Numbered from the stretch's first letter, positions 1-8,895 are shown. The stretch is DNA of 29,378 nucleotides from Candidatus Bathyarchaeota archaeon (GCA_963775685.1 CAVZJV010000010.1:1-29378), one strand, 5' to 3'. Made by a program: numbers and translations. Notes: a model not told the origin generated them from the letters alone.

Positions 1-41
1 TCGTCGATGGCGGGACCCTTGCGGTCTGACATGGAGACAAG

Positions 42-750
42 GTGAACGTTAACGTCAAGAACGGCATTCTCAGCGGCGTCAAGGTACCTGGATGTCGCCC
101 ACGCGTATTCAGCAGCGTTGTCCGCGGCCTTGCTCGCGGACCTGGGCGCCGAAGTGCTCTGTATCGAACATCCCTCCGGTTGCCCTGTGCGCCAGACGAC
201 GCCCAAGAGTCACCGGTCAGGCGCTGTGGTGGAAGAACATGGGGCGCGGCAAGCGGTGCATCACGCTGAATCTCGGCAGTCCAAAGGGCCGGGAGTTGTT
301 CCTCGAACTGGCGCCGAAGTTCGACCTCATCGTTGAAAACTTTCGGCCCGGCACGCTCGAGCGGTGGAAGATCGGTCCTGCTGAGCTCGAAGCCGCGGGC
401 GCAAACTTGTCACTGCTGCGCATTAGCGGGTACGGGCAGACCGGACCCAAGAAGGACCGCCCAGGTTTCGGAACCACCGCGGAAGCGTTCAGCGGCTTTG
501 CGCACTTGAACGGCTTTCCCGACGGCCCGCCGGTTTTTCCTTCCATCGCGCTGGCGGACGGCGTGGCAGCCACGTTCGGAGCCTTTGGGTTGATGGCGTC
601 GATGAACAACCGGCTGCGAACCGGAAGGAAAGGTGTCGACGTGGTCGACGTGGCTCTTTTGAAGCGTTGTTCCGCTTGAGCCCCGTCCAGGTGATGGCTT
701 ATGACCAGTTGGGCCTCGATCTTCTGCGGCCAGGCAATTCCCTGGGCGCG
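42..750 (+). CDS. CaiB/BaiF (class III) CoA-transferase, N-terminal part; frameshifted and cut off at a probable chimeric junction; bacterial-type high GC
   Basis: Joined frames read GILSGVKV.D...AALLADLGAEVLCIEHP...WWKNMGRGKRCITLNL...DLIVENFRPGTLERW...ISGYGQTGP...RPGF, the class III CoA-transferase motifs. Indels near 87, 208 and 662. Confidence 0.9.
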
Positions 751-858
751 CTCGGCCTAAGCACTTTGGGCAGACTCGGCGACATCAGAGGCAAGCCCAC
801 CGCGGAAGATTTGATGAAACTTAAAAAAGATGCAGAGCAAATCGCCAAGAGCCTCTAA
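751..858 (+). CDS. C-terminal fragment of an archaeal protein, possibly flavodoxin-like; 5' part missing
   Basis: LGRLGDIRGKPTAEDLMKLKKDAEQIAKSL resembles a flavodoxin-family C-terminal helix. Composition turns AT-richer here. Confidence 0.45.
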   Translation, partial: LGLSTLGRLGDIRGKPTAEDLMKLKKDAEQIAKSL

Positions 859-863
859 ACACG

Positions 864-1151
864 GTGATTGTTGTGGTTAAGTCTGTTGAGTTGCCTTTGA
901 GGGTTTTTGAAGATTTACTTAAAGTCTCTGAGGAATTGTCAATGATGGCAAAAAAGCCCATTTCAACCTCCATGGCTATAGATTTGCTGATGGAAATTTA
1001 CCGTGCCCACCTCAACAACCCCTGCGCCTTGGATGCTTTTAGTCTGCAACTCAAAAGCCTAAACATCATGTCTCCAGAGGAATTCGACAAATATTGGGAT
1101 GAACCGACAAAAACGGTAACAGCAAAGACCAAAGTAAAAACCAAAAAATGA
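864..1151 (+). CDS. Hypothetical protein
   Basis: Clean 95-aa ORF starting 5 nt after the upstream stop, with a Lys-rich tail and a T-rich tract downstream. Confidence 0.75.
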   Translation: MIVVVKSVELPLRVFEDLLKVSEELSMMAKKPISTSMAIDLLMEIYRAHLNNPCALDAFSLQLKSLNIMSPEEFDKYWDEPTKTVTAKTKVKTKK

Positions 1152-1500
1152 TAGTTGCGTTAGATTTAGTTTGGGTTAAGCTTTTTTGTTTTGTGTGGTC
1201 TGCTTATTTGTTTTTGTTTGATTGTTGCAACCGGTGTGCAAAATTCAGGTGCAACAACAACTTCTCCCAGGGGCTTTTCTGACCAATGTTTTAGAAAAAC
1301 CAAATCTTGTTTAGCTTTCTGGCCTGCCCTCAAAATCTTTCATTTTTGATTTAACATGTTTAGCGGCTTCGAAAACAACTGTACTACATACCATTAATTG
1401 TTCCAGCAAAACCACCACCAGGATTCAAAACACCAAAACAATTTACAGCCAAAGCCACCGAAAGCTCTAAATGCCCTTATCACCGTGTTTTTCCAGAATC

Positions 1501-1575
1501 GGGCCGGTAGATCAGCCTGGTATGATCGCCGCGTTCGCAACGCGGAAGCCGCGGGTTCAAATCCCGCCCGGTCCA
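1501..1575 (+). tRNA. tRNA-Ala (anticodon CGC), no intron, CCA not encoded
   Basis: Acceptor stem GGGCCGG/CCGGTCC with the G3:U70 Ala determinant. Anticodon arm CCGCG-TTCGCAA-CGCGG (CGC at 1536-1538). T-arm GCGGG-TTCAAAT-CCCGC. Discriminator A1575. Confidence 0.98.
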
Positions 1576-1579
1576 TAAA

Positions 1580-1620
1580 GTGGTCTGAACCCTAAACGGT
1601 TCAACTCCCAGCGGTCCACT
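1580..1620 (+). repeat. Degenerate palindrome plus tRNA 3'-end-like unit directly after the tRNA
   Basis: GTGGTCTGAACCC-TAAA-CGGTTCAACTCCCAGCGGTCCACT aligns with GTGGTTTGAACCC-AATT-GGGTTCAAATCCCGCCCGGTCCACT at 17244-17285. Confidence 0.85.
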
Positions 1621-1640
1621 ACCTTTTGGTTTGGGAAATA

Positions 1641-2003
1641 TTACTTCTGAGGACGTTCGCGTTTGGCCTTGCGATTTAATGTTTTAATCGGCTCTAAGAT
1701 GCATGCTGAGTATGATCCTGGCACAATCAATTCCATGAACTCGGCGCGCAAAGCCTTTTCTTCAGGTATCTCGCTAAACCCGCTCTCCCAACCGTCAATA
1801 TTAGCTAAACTTTTAAAACCCCACAAGGCGGTGAATCCGCCGACGGAACCACCGTATTTGTGTCTGAGAACCCGCAGAGACGTTACACCCCTAAAGAGGA
1901 TTGGCTTCCTCTTCATCAAGGCAACTAGCTTTTTGCCCCACTCGTTATGCTCATCTAGTTTGTCAGGATTAACAACGTATGTTCTAGAGAGATAAACAGT
2001 CAT
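1641..2003 (-). CDS. Hypothetical protein, NIPSNAP-like dimeric alpha/beta barrel
   Basis: TYVVNPDKLDEH...W.FKSLA pattern, with a GGGGTG RBS upstream. It is the only gene between two tRNA-like repeats. Confidence 0.7.
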   Translation of the reverse strand: MTVYLSRTYVVNPDKLDEHNEWGKKLVALMKRKPILFRGVTSLRVLRHKYGGSVGGFTALWGFKSLANIDGWESGFSEIPEEKALRAEFMELIVPGSYSACILEPIKTLNRKAKRERPQK

Positions 2004-2058
2004 AACTGCACCCCAAAATATAAAATACTCAGAAGATTAAAAAAATTCCGCATAACAC

Positions 2059-2080
2059 GTTCAAATCCCAGCATCCCACT
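2059..2080 (+). repeat. Degenerate tRNA 3'-end-like fragment
   Basis: GTTCAAATCCCAGCATCCCACT, a T-loop plus acceptor-like sequence. Confidence 0.7.
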
Positions 2081-2254
2081 CTCAAATTAATTTCTCTAAA
2101 AAAGGTGGGTGAATAGTACAGAGATAGCGCGAGCTAAAGGATTTAATTTACCCCCACTATCCAGAATAAGTGAAATCAATAAGGAGTGCGCGATAGAAGT
2201 ATGAAAAACACTTCCCCCTTAAAGCCTCTGAATTAGAAGTTAATCGAACAGACG

Positions 2255-3027
2255 CTAAGCAAACCTGTTTTTAATACTATCTTTCAATCGGATTTTTGGG
2301 TTTTTGGTAACTTCTTTGACAAGATCGTTAAGATGAGCCAATTCATAATTCTTGCGTACCTTATTATAGAATTCTTGCTCTTGCGACGAGAGACCTTCTT
2401 AGCAATATAATTCATTTTACCTAGCCAGATGGATTCGGTGACGAAAGATTGAATTTCATTAATTAGAGGTAGGGGATCATAATCTAAAAAGGGCTCTATT
2501 GAAACGCTTGTTTTGTACCCGTTATTAAATGCCAACTTTAGTGAACTAATCCTTTCCGTAAAATTAGGTGCATTGGGTTCCCAAAATTTAAGCAATTGAT
2601 CTTCTTTTGAGGTTATAGTAAACCTGAATTGGATTTGGTTTTTGAAGCAATAAAAGCGATCGATTATTTCTTGAATTACCTTTATTCTAGGTTTGGTAGT
2701 TATCAGGACATCGTTATTAGCATTCAAGAGATTTTCTAGAACCTTAAAGCAAGCGCCTTTATACGGATCAAAATCGAAAATGTCATGGGTGCTTGGAAAC
2801 ATTATTCTACCTGATTTTTTGAGGTAGCTTTTATTTACCGAATTATCGTTAACTGACATTATCGCCCAGTTATTATCGGTAATCCTGTTAAACCTACGTG
2901 CCATCACTTTTGCGTAACAATAGCGGCAATCATTGTAGCAACCCTTGATACAATTAACGTTAGAGTCTGCCCACTCTTTTGTTCCTGTGGTTATCTTTAT
3001 TTTTTCATGTTTTTCCAACGATTGCAT
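2255..3027 (-). CDS. Radical SAM protein, DUF5131/SplB-like; frameshift near 2397
   Basis: GCYNDCRYCYA (CxxxCxxC), MFPSTHD, LITTKP, WEPNAP and SIEPFL motifs. The shifted frame continues ...NPKIRLKDSIKNRFA to TAG at 2255-2257. Confidence 0.85.
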
Positions 3028-3031
3028 AATT

Positions 3032-3411
3032 TCACTCTTGAGGCGTAAGAGGAATTAGAGGTTGAGGTGGGTTTATTTTAAGATTTTTAACAATTGTTGG
3101 CCAATTCAACCAGTAGCGTCTGTAACGCTGTGTTGACCAAGCATGCGGAACTCTTAACTCTTTGATATACCCTTTTGACCTCAACCAGACAAGGGTTTGG
3201 GAAATTTTGGGAACATCTCTTTCAAGCTCTCTGAAGTCAGGACATAGCACGTCGCAGACACCTCCTTCATGCTCAACAATAATCCTCCACAACATTTTCC
3301 ACTCCAGAGCTCTTCTATCATGTCCGGATGAAGAGTACCTATAACAATTGTTCCAATGGGATTAGCTGGTTCAGATGGCTCTTTTTCCCTCATAGCTTTT
3401 AACCAAGACAT
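3032..3411 (-). CDS. Hypothetical protein, possibly winged-helix; frameshift near 3297
   Basis: ORFs 3181-3411 and 3032-3295 join with one indel. ISQTLVWLRSKGYIKE...RRYWL is wHTH-like. It ends 4 nt before the radical SAM start. Confidence 0.6.
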
Positions 3412-3558
3412 ACAAAAATCAAATCCACTATTCTTCTAAATTCGTTCTTATCTTGCTAAAATAATGGACTCAAAACTAGATAATTAAGAATTGCCCATTG
3501 ATGAAAAAGACAAAGTTTTTGATTTACTGATTACGAGAACTAACTACTTTGCCTGTTT

Positions 3559-3787
3559 CTAAGTATCCACGCAATTTCGTAGGTGTGTTATTCTAGAATG
3601 GACAAATTCTTGTTCTGCAAGGGCTTTTTGTATTAGGTCTTGGATGGCTAGAGTTCATGTTGCCCTTAAAATATGGTTTTACTATCTTTTCGGTAAACTC
3701 TGTGAACAAAGAGGCTGGAACGTTATGAAATGTTAAGTCCATGAGGAACCCATTTTCCATTATTGCGTTCGCTGTTCTTTTTTTCAT
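3559..3787 (-). CDS. Small hypothetical protein, RHH-like; frameshift near 3650
   Basis: MDLTFHNVPASLFTEFTEKIVKPYFKGNMN joins AIQDLIQKALAEQEFVHSRITHLRNCVDT*. Confidence 0.65.
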
Positions 3788-3961
3788 GTTTACCAGTTAT
3801 TTCTAAGACAATGTGACCTTAAATAGTTTATGAAGTATTATGATTTATTAGTGGCGTTGAGGGAACGAACTCTGGAACTTGATAGTTGTATTACTTGTAG
3901 AAGAACCTGTCAGTGCTATTTCTTCTTAGAAGAACTTCTTCCAAATTCGATTTTTGAGGTT

Positions 3962-4111
3962 TTATTTAATTGATACTTTTGTGGTGGAGCGCTTACTTTT
4001 TCTTCAATTTCAGGTTGACAATCCCTGTAAAGCGGCATATCGAAGTTCTCATTTGAAATTTTGAATTCACCATTAGTTATGGTCTGCTTGCACTCTGCAA
4101 TAGTAGCCCAT
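3962..4111 (-). pseudogene. Decayed small zinc-finger-like gene
   Basis: MGYYCR-(indel)-CKQTITNGEFKISNENFDMPLYRDCQ gives CxxC...xxxC, with Tyr at the expected third Cys. Confidence 0.4.
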
Positions 4112-4330
4112 ATCTGTCAAGCATACTTGTAAGTATTTTAGCTTTAGGAAGTCAGGCATACCATATGCGAATGCAGATACTATCTCTTATCAGAGTGACC
4201 CATTCCAGGCACTGTTTGATCTTGGTTTGTTCCGTTTACGTGTTCGCTCATGGCTTTCAACGGCTCTTTCTGTTGCTTTAAAAGATGTTCTAGATTTAAG
4301 GTTAACGGTAAATAGGCAACAAAAAAGAGA

Positions 4331-4346
4331 CTTTTTACACAGTCTG
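4331..4346. mobile_element. Orphan IS1182-like terminal inverted repeat abutting a palindrome centre
   Basis: CTTTTTACACAGTCTG is similar to the MITE end GTTTTCACACAGCCTG (4563-4578) and is followed directly by AATTGGGTTCAAAC. Confidence 0.6.
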
Positions 4347-4371
4347 AATTGGGTTCAAACCCCGCACAGTC
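4347..4371 (+). repeat. Degenerate copy of the palindrome right half plus tRNA-Ala 3' end
   Basis: AATTGGGTTCAAACCCCGCACAGTC vs AATTGGGTTCAAATCCCGCCCGGTC (17257-17281): 3 mismatches in 25. Confidence 0.8.
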
Positions 4372-4449
4372 TGTTCTGCACAAAAAAACAGTCAACTGTA
4401 ACTATTTCGTTAGCCGCTGTGTTGCCCGAAGTAGGTTCTGAACCCATTT

Positions 4450-4578
4450 GAGCGTGTGTGAAAACCAATTTCAATTTCAAAAATTGCTAAGTTTATGTCA
4501 ATATGGTGGGGATTGATGATATGTTTTCGTATATAAGGAGCAATTTCTAAAACTAAATTCGAGTTTTCACACAGCCTG
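4450..4578. mobile_element. 129-bp MITE with IS1182-like ends and a 4-bp target-site duplication (ATTT)
   Basis: Ends GAGCGTGTGTGAAAAC and GTTTTCACACAGCCTG, with a perfect 11-bp inverted core at 4455-4465 and 4563-4573. ATTT at 4446-4449 and 4579-4582. Removing it restores TGAACCC-ATTT-GGGTC. Confidence 0.75.
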
Positions 4579-4582
4579 ATTT

Positions 4583-4607
4583 GGGTCTGAGACCCAGCAA
4601 CCCCATT
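4583..4607 (+). repeat. Palindrome right arm plus degenerate tRNA 3'-end-like sequence
   Basis: GGGTCTGAGACCCAGCAACCCCATT resembles CCCAGCATCCCACT in the 2059 copy. Its left arm GGTTCTGAACCC is at 4434-4445. Confidence 0.6.
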
Positions 4608-4695
4608 TTGTCCACTTCCTGACTGTTTCTTGCTCTTATTCAGAGGCTCTCTTGCAGTTTTAGTGTGAACAAAAAGGAAAGGAATTTCTCTCTAT

Positions 4696-5250
4696 TCAAG
4701 TTCTCGTGGCCAGTTCTTTTGCATAGTTTCGAATTGCACTCCAGTCTCTTGTGTCGTAGATTCCGTTTGTTTCCTTAAACCCTGCCGCCACCAATTGTTG
4801 TTTGACTATTGGCTTAGTCTTTCCTGCCCACCACGGCCATTTATTAAAGTCATAGACGCCGCCAAACAAGCCTAAAGCAACAGGTTGCAGGTTGTACTTT
4901 GCCGCTTTATCTTGAAGATACTTCTTTTTGCCCCTTTCAATTTCTTCAGGTTTTCCCTCATGCTCAGCTATTGCTTGTGCGCCCGAAGAAACAAAGAGTG
5001 CCACCTTCTTTGTCGCCAGCTCTTTCTGGAATTTCTTCAAAAAGTCTTCCGGTTCACCAGTCCACTTGTCGATTTGGATTCCGCTTCCAATAATAACAAG
5101 ATTGTATTGCGATATGTCTTTGACTTTTTCTTCTTTAGCGTTGACCACTTGGACTTCAATTCCTTCTTTTCTCAGTATAGCAGCGATTTCTTCAGATGTA
5201 CTGGCTGTTGCTCCGTACCTTGTACCATAAACGATCAAAGATTTTTTCAT
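4696..5250 (-). CDS. Flavodoxin domain protein (Flavodoxin_5/HemG-like)
   Basis: LIVYGTRYGATASTSEEIA FMN loop, YNLVIIGSGI, VALFVSSG, FGG and DTRDWSAIRNYA. Confidence 0.92.
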   Translation of the reverse strand: MKKSLIVYGTRYGATASTSEEIAAILRKEGIEVQVVNAKEEKVKDISQYNLVIIGSGIQIDKWTGEPEDFLKKFQKELATKKVALFVSSGAQAIAEHEGKPEEIERGKKKYLQDKAAKYNLQPVALGLFGGVYDFNKWPWWAGKTKPIVKQQLVAAGFKETNGIYDTRDWSAIRNYAKELATRT

Positions 5251-5681
5251 TAGCTACCACCTTCATTCTTTGCAGTTCTGAAATTGAAAATTACTGCGAC
5301 TAACCCGGCTGCGAATCCGAATAGTGGCGGAACAATGCCTCCACCGACAAGAAGCATTACAATTGAAAGCAGAACAAGAACTAAACCGCTGTATTTGCTT
5401 GAAATGAATTTGGCAGCCCAAACTGCAAGCAAGACTCCGACGATTATTGTCAATATGCCAGTTACCAGAAAGTTCGGAATAATACTCATCGCAGGTTCAC
5501 CACCTAATGCTGTCAAGCTGGGCCAAGCTTGAAACACAATGCTATTTGGAGCTACATTGCCTTGAAGCATTTCGCCTTGTCCATGAGATGCACCGCTTAG
5601 TCCTGTGAAAACGCCAAGGGCTATGGCTGCAATCTTAAGTTTATTCATGCTTTCACCTCCAGCAATCTTAAGTTTATTCAT
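5250..5681 (-). CDS. Integral membrane protein (~4 TM); alternative in-frame start at 5648
   Basis: Hydrophobic segments and HGQGEMLQGN...GGEPAMSIIPN. Overlaps both neighbouring genes at start/stop. Confidence 0.85.
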   Translation of the reverse strand: MNKLKIAGGESMNKLKIAAIALGVFTGLSGASHGQGEMLQGNVAPNSIVFQAWPSLTALGGEPAMSIIPNFLVTGILTIIVGVLLAVWAAKFISSKYSGLVLVLLSIVMLLVGGGIVPPLFGFAAGLVAVIFNFRTAKNEGGS

Positions 5682-5694
5682 GCTTTCACCTCCA
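5629..5694. repeat. Perfect 2 x 33-bp tandem duplication spanning the RBS and start codon
   Basis: GCAATCTTAAGTTTATTCATGCTTTCACCTCCA at 5629-5661 and 5662-5694. Confidence 0.97.
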
Positions 5695-5937
5695 TTTGCT
5701 TTTGTTGAGATGTTTTCGTGATGTCCTCCTCTCTAAGGTCCAAACGAAGAACACCGTTTTTTCCAACAACCTCCAAAACAACCCCTTCCGCAAACGTCGC
5801 TCGCAATAGTTCACCTATTGATCCCTCGATAAGGACGCTTTCGCTGGAACCGTCGGTAAGAGTGATGTTCTTCAGGTTTATTTTCGACTTAAGCTCAACA
5901 GAGAAAACCCGTCTTTATTGCATGTCTTTGTTTCCAT
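5678..5937 (-). CDS. Small beta-rich hypothetical protein, paralogue of 8528-8791; frameshift near 5910; absent from the ORF track
   Basis: METKTCNK..FSVELKSKINLKNITLTDGSSESVLIEGSIGELLRATFAEGVVLEVVGKNGVLRLDL aligns with FSIELTSKNHLKNVT...VLVEGTIGELVAATFAEDEILEVTGKKGVLRINL. Confidence 0.85.
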
Positions 5938-5974
5938 TTTAACTGCCTCACTTTATTGAGAGGGCGGCAATTGT

Positions 5975-5989
5975 GATTAGTTTTATTTG
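5975..5989 (-). promoter_or_regulatory. Conserved promoter/operator element of module 1
   Basis: GATTAGTTTTATTTG matches 8826-8840 at 14/15 in the equivalent position. It reads AAATAAAA (TATA-like) on the minus strand. Confidence 0.6.
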
Positions 5990-6046
5990 ATGCGGATGCT
6001 TAGAAGTAAGTAACGGAGCTAAGAATTTAGCAGCGGTGATTAAAAA

Positions 6047-6792
6047 ATGGAGAATGAAACGGGCATAGAGAAGTTGTTTTTTGAGCTTGCAAGCGAAAGT
6101 AGACTCAGTATATTGCGTACGCTGCAGATTGAAAATCTCAAAATGCAGGAAATTGCACGCAGGTTGGATTTAACTGCGACAGAAGCGTTTAGACAATTGG
6201 AACGATTAAGCGCTGCTTTGCTCGTTCAGAGGCAACCTGATGGCTCATTTGCCATAGCTGAGTACGGCAAGATCGTGTTGCAGCTCTCTTCTTCCTTAGA
6301 ATTTGTCTCTAACCACAAGGATTACTTCTCGACACATGACGTAATGCGGCTTCCTGTCCAATTCGTGAATAGATTAGGCGAGCTTTCGCGATCGAAATTG
6401 GTGATGGACACCATTGAGAACCTAAACTTTGCTGAACAGGCGTTCATAGAAGCAGAGCAGTTTGGGTGGGGAATGGCAGAAGGCACTATTCCTGAACACA
6501 TGATTCCATTAATGGATGAACGAATCCGAAAAGGAGTAAATTTCAAGTTTCTCATTCCTGAAAATCGTCTTTCTGCAAACGTAAGTCCAACCTCAGTAGT
6601 AAAGAATCTTGAAGGAAGAGGTCTCTCTGATATTCCAGCTATAATTGTTTTAACTGAAAAAGTGGCAGCTATATGCTTTCGACAAGTTGGAGGAAGAGTT
6701 GATTATGCCGGCTTTTTCGGAGTTGATCAAGTGTTCATAACTGGGTTAAGGACTTGTTTCTTTACTACTGGGAAAAAGGAAAGCGAGCTTGA
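6047..6792 (+). CDS. Winged-HTH transcriptional regulator (ArsR-like HTH plus DUF1724-like domain); frameshift near 6736
   Basis: [14 protein letters not shown]...MQEIARRLDLTATEAFRQLERL. The shifted frame ends [17 protein letters not shown], like the paralogue's [16 protein letters not shown]. Confidence 0.88.
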
Positions 6793-6893
6793 CGCACATA
6801 AGGGTCTTCCCCGTACTTGAACCCATTTTGTTCTTGCCTGAGTACACATGTACAGGGGCGATAACCGTTGGACTCGCCAAATTCGCTTTGTTT

Positions 6894-7340
6894 TTAGAGT
6901 TTAGCTATTTCTCTGGCCCGTTTCTTTGCTGCAGCTAACTCTTCTGCATCTGGGTGCCCCCGCTTAACAAACCCCAAGCCCCCGCCAAAACAGCTAAAAT
7001 GATTATTGAGCATTCGTTGACCATTAGCATCTAAAGCGCCCCCTTTTGTGTCGATGACGTTTTTTTCAGCGACGTTTTTGCCCCAGCCAAAGCAAGTCAT
7101 GAATAACGCAAATTGCTTCTTACCATTTAGACGCATTGTTTGAAGATAGCTAAGAAGATCCTGGTGTGGTTGCCCCTTGTATATGCCTGTGCCAATGAAC
7201 ACTGTATCATAATCATCGATGCTAACGGCAGAAGAATCGGAGGTTATCTGAAGGCATGGACAGTTAAGTTCTGATGCAATTGCTTCTGCAACTTTTTTGG
7301 TGTTGCAGCTTCGCGTTGAATATACCACTCCAGGTTTCAC
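6894..7340 (-). CDS. Flavodoxin domain protein (appears fused to the upstream gene in ORF 6894-8108)
   Basis: VVYSTRSCNTKKVAEAIA, YDTVFIGTGIY and GHPDAEEL motifs. It has its own GGAGG RBS (7350-7354) and a GTG at 7340. Confidence 0.8.
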   Translation of the reverse strand: MKPGVVYSTRSCNTKKVAEAIASELNCPCLQITSDSSAVSIDDYDTVFIGTGIYKGQPHQDLLSYLQTMRLNGKKQFALFMTCFGWGKNVAEKNVIDTKGGALDANGQRMLNNHFSCFGGGLGFVKRGHPDAEELAAAKKRAREIAKL

Positions 7341-7344
7341 TTTT

Positions 7345-8108
7345 TCACGCCTCCAAGTTGGCGTTTTTATCTGTGTCAGCGTTTCCACTTTTGGCTGGCT
7401 TCGGCTTATCTGAAGAAGCCGTCTACCAACCATCAGCGTCCAAACCATCATAAGCAAACCATTGATTGTCCAAATCGCAAGACCTAAACTAGACCCAAAC
7501 AACCCAAACACGTTAGCCACAATCCCCACGATGGCTACGGGTTTACTGAATGTTTTGTTTCTCAGCATAACAATGGATACTATTATGCCCGCCAACGAAC
7601 CGAGGACAAACGTCATAATCATTCCTGTTCCCTGTTCGGTAACCATGACTGCTTGCCCCGCCGCCAAAAGCATGGACTTCTGCACTTCTGAAGTGGCAAT
7701 AGCATATTGATTGCTGAGGTTAAGCATAGCAAAGGCGTTGTTGGAAGCAAAGTAGATGGTTGTGCCTATGAAGTAAAGTGCGGTGCCAATCGCCATGAGC
7801 GATTCGCTTGTCCGCCGGAGCAGAAAATATAACCCCATGAACATCAACACGCCCAGAGGGAAGAAGAGGGTCTCGAATATACCCAGGTTTGCAAGCCCCA
7901 GGAGAGGATTAGTTTGCAGAAGCGTGAACCATCTTATTACGCTTGATGGTATGGACGTTAGACCAGACCCGCCGCTGGCTTCAATAGCAACTTCGATTAA
8001 GCTGAAAACTACGATAAGAATTGCTGCAACGCCTCCAATCTTGCATAGGCTTTTCCATCGTGAGTCTACAGTTGTATCATTTAATTTAGATTTGAGTAGC
8101 ATTGTCAT
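7345..8108 (-). CDS. DUF4386-like multi-pass membrane protein
   Basis: WKSLCKIGGVAA, WFTLLQTNPLLGL, FAMLNLSNQYA and LLAAGQA, with ~6 TM segments. Probable true end ...NLEA* (TGA 7345-7347) in a shifted frame. Confidence 0.75.
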
Positions 8109-8114
8109 TGTTTT

Positions 8115-8531
8115 TCATCTCGCCTTTGGAGTTGCTTTTTGATGTTGAGCCGATTGTCTGACTGACCATGCAAAGTATGCCAATGCAATAGATGCTATCA
8201 CGACCAATCCTTCTAGAATCGAATAGCCCAATGGAGCAATTTCTGGCTGCATCAAGTGTGTTTGGTCAGCAATAACTTGAAGAATGTTGAGAATAGCTGC
8301 AAAGACCCCAAGTCCGCCGCCAATGTTTTTGCATTTATAAATCATTGGAATCGTCGCAATTTCAACAATTAATATGATTAGGAAAAATACCAACCAGCAA
8401 GATGAAACGTCAGTTTGTGGGCGAGGTTCAAAGCCAATCGGAGAAGGAACCTCGAGAACAGTCAGTATAAGAATTACAATGATAGTGGCAACCACTGCTC
8501 TTCTTGCAGAAGATAATGTTAATGCCTTCAT
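8115..8531 (-). CDS. Small integral membrane protein (~4 TM)
   Basis: Four hydrophobic stretches; ATGA overlap with the upstream gene. Confidence 0.8.
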   Translation of the reverse strand: MKALTLSSARRAVVATIIVILILTVLEVPSPIGFEPRPQTDVSSCWLVFFLIILIVEIATIPMIYKCKNIGGGLGVFAAILNILQVIADQTHLMQPEIAPLGYSILEGLVVIASIALAYFAWSVRQSAQHQKATPKAR

Positions 8532-8791
8532 TGGTTTTTCCCCTTCGATTGGTTGTCTTCAATGTTTTTTTGTATGTCAGTTTGGGCCAGATTTATTCTT
8601 AGAACACCCTTTTTCCCCGTGACTTCTAGGATTTCGTCTTCAGCAAAAGTCGCCGCTACCAATTCGCCGATGGTTCCTTCAACAAGCACATTGTCGTAGG
8701 AGCCGTTGGCTGAGGTGACGTTCTTTAGGTGATTTTTTGAAGTGAGCTCAATGGAGAAGAAGCGTTCCTTGGTTTGATTGTTATTTTCCAT
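8528..8791 (-). CDS. Small beta-rich hypothetical protein, paralogue of 5678-5937
   Basis: Clear paralogy to the module 1 gene; GAGG RBS. Confidence 0.85.
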   Translation of the reverse strand: MENNNQTKERFFSIELTSKNHLKNVTSANGSYDNVLVEGTIGELVAATFAEDEILEVTGKKGVLRINLAQTDIQKNIEDNQSKGKNQ

Positions 8792-8825
8792 ATTTTTTCC
8801 TCAAAAAGGTATAGGTGAGAATGCA

Positions 8826-8840
8826 GATTACTTTTATTTG
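8826..8840 (-). promoter_or_regulatory. Conserved promoter/operator element of module 2
   Basis: GATTACTTTTATTTG matches 5975-5989 at 14/15. Confidence 0.6.
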
Positions 8841-8895
8841 CGTTCGATGTGCAACAATATACAGCGTTGTAAACTGGTTAGCATTGGTGATGAAG

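Noticed and set aside
667-858. 63-aa ORF as a real hybrid gene
   Set aside because: It spans the probable chimeric junction between two unrelated sequences.
1152-1460. G/T-rich then A/C-rich skewed tracts and the TTGTTGCA...TGCAACAA inverted repeat (1222-1257); similar A/C tract at 10420-10585
   Set aside because: Low-complexity intergenic DNA. No ORB boxes, cdc6 gene or recognisable RNA structure support an origin or ncRNA call.
1394-1595. ORFs 1394-1576 (-) and 1398-1595 (+)
   Set aside because: They are shadow ORFs of the tRNA-Ala gene.
6894-8108. Novel DUF4386-flavodoxin fusion protein (404 aa)
   Set aside because: An internal GGAGG RBS and GTG at 7340, plus a shifted-frame stop (NLEA*) overlapping that RBS, point to two genes joined by an indel. 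The equivalent genes in module 1 are separate.
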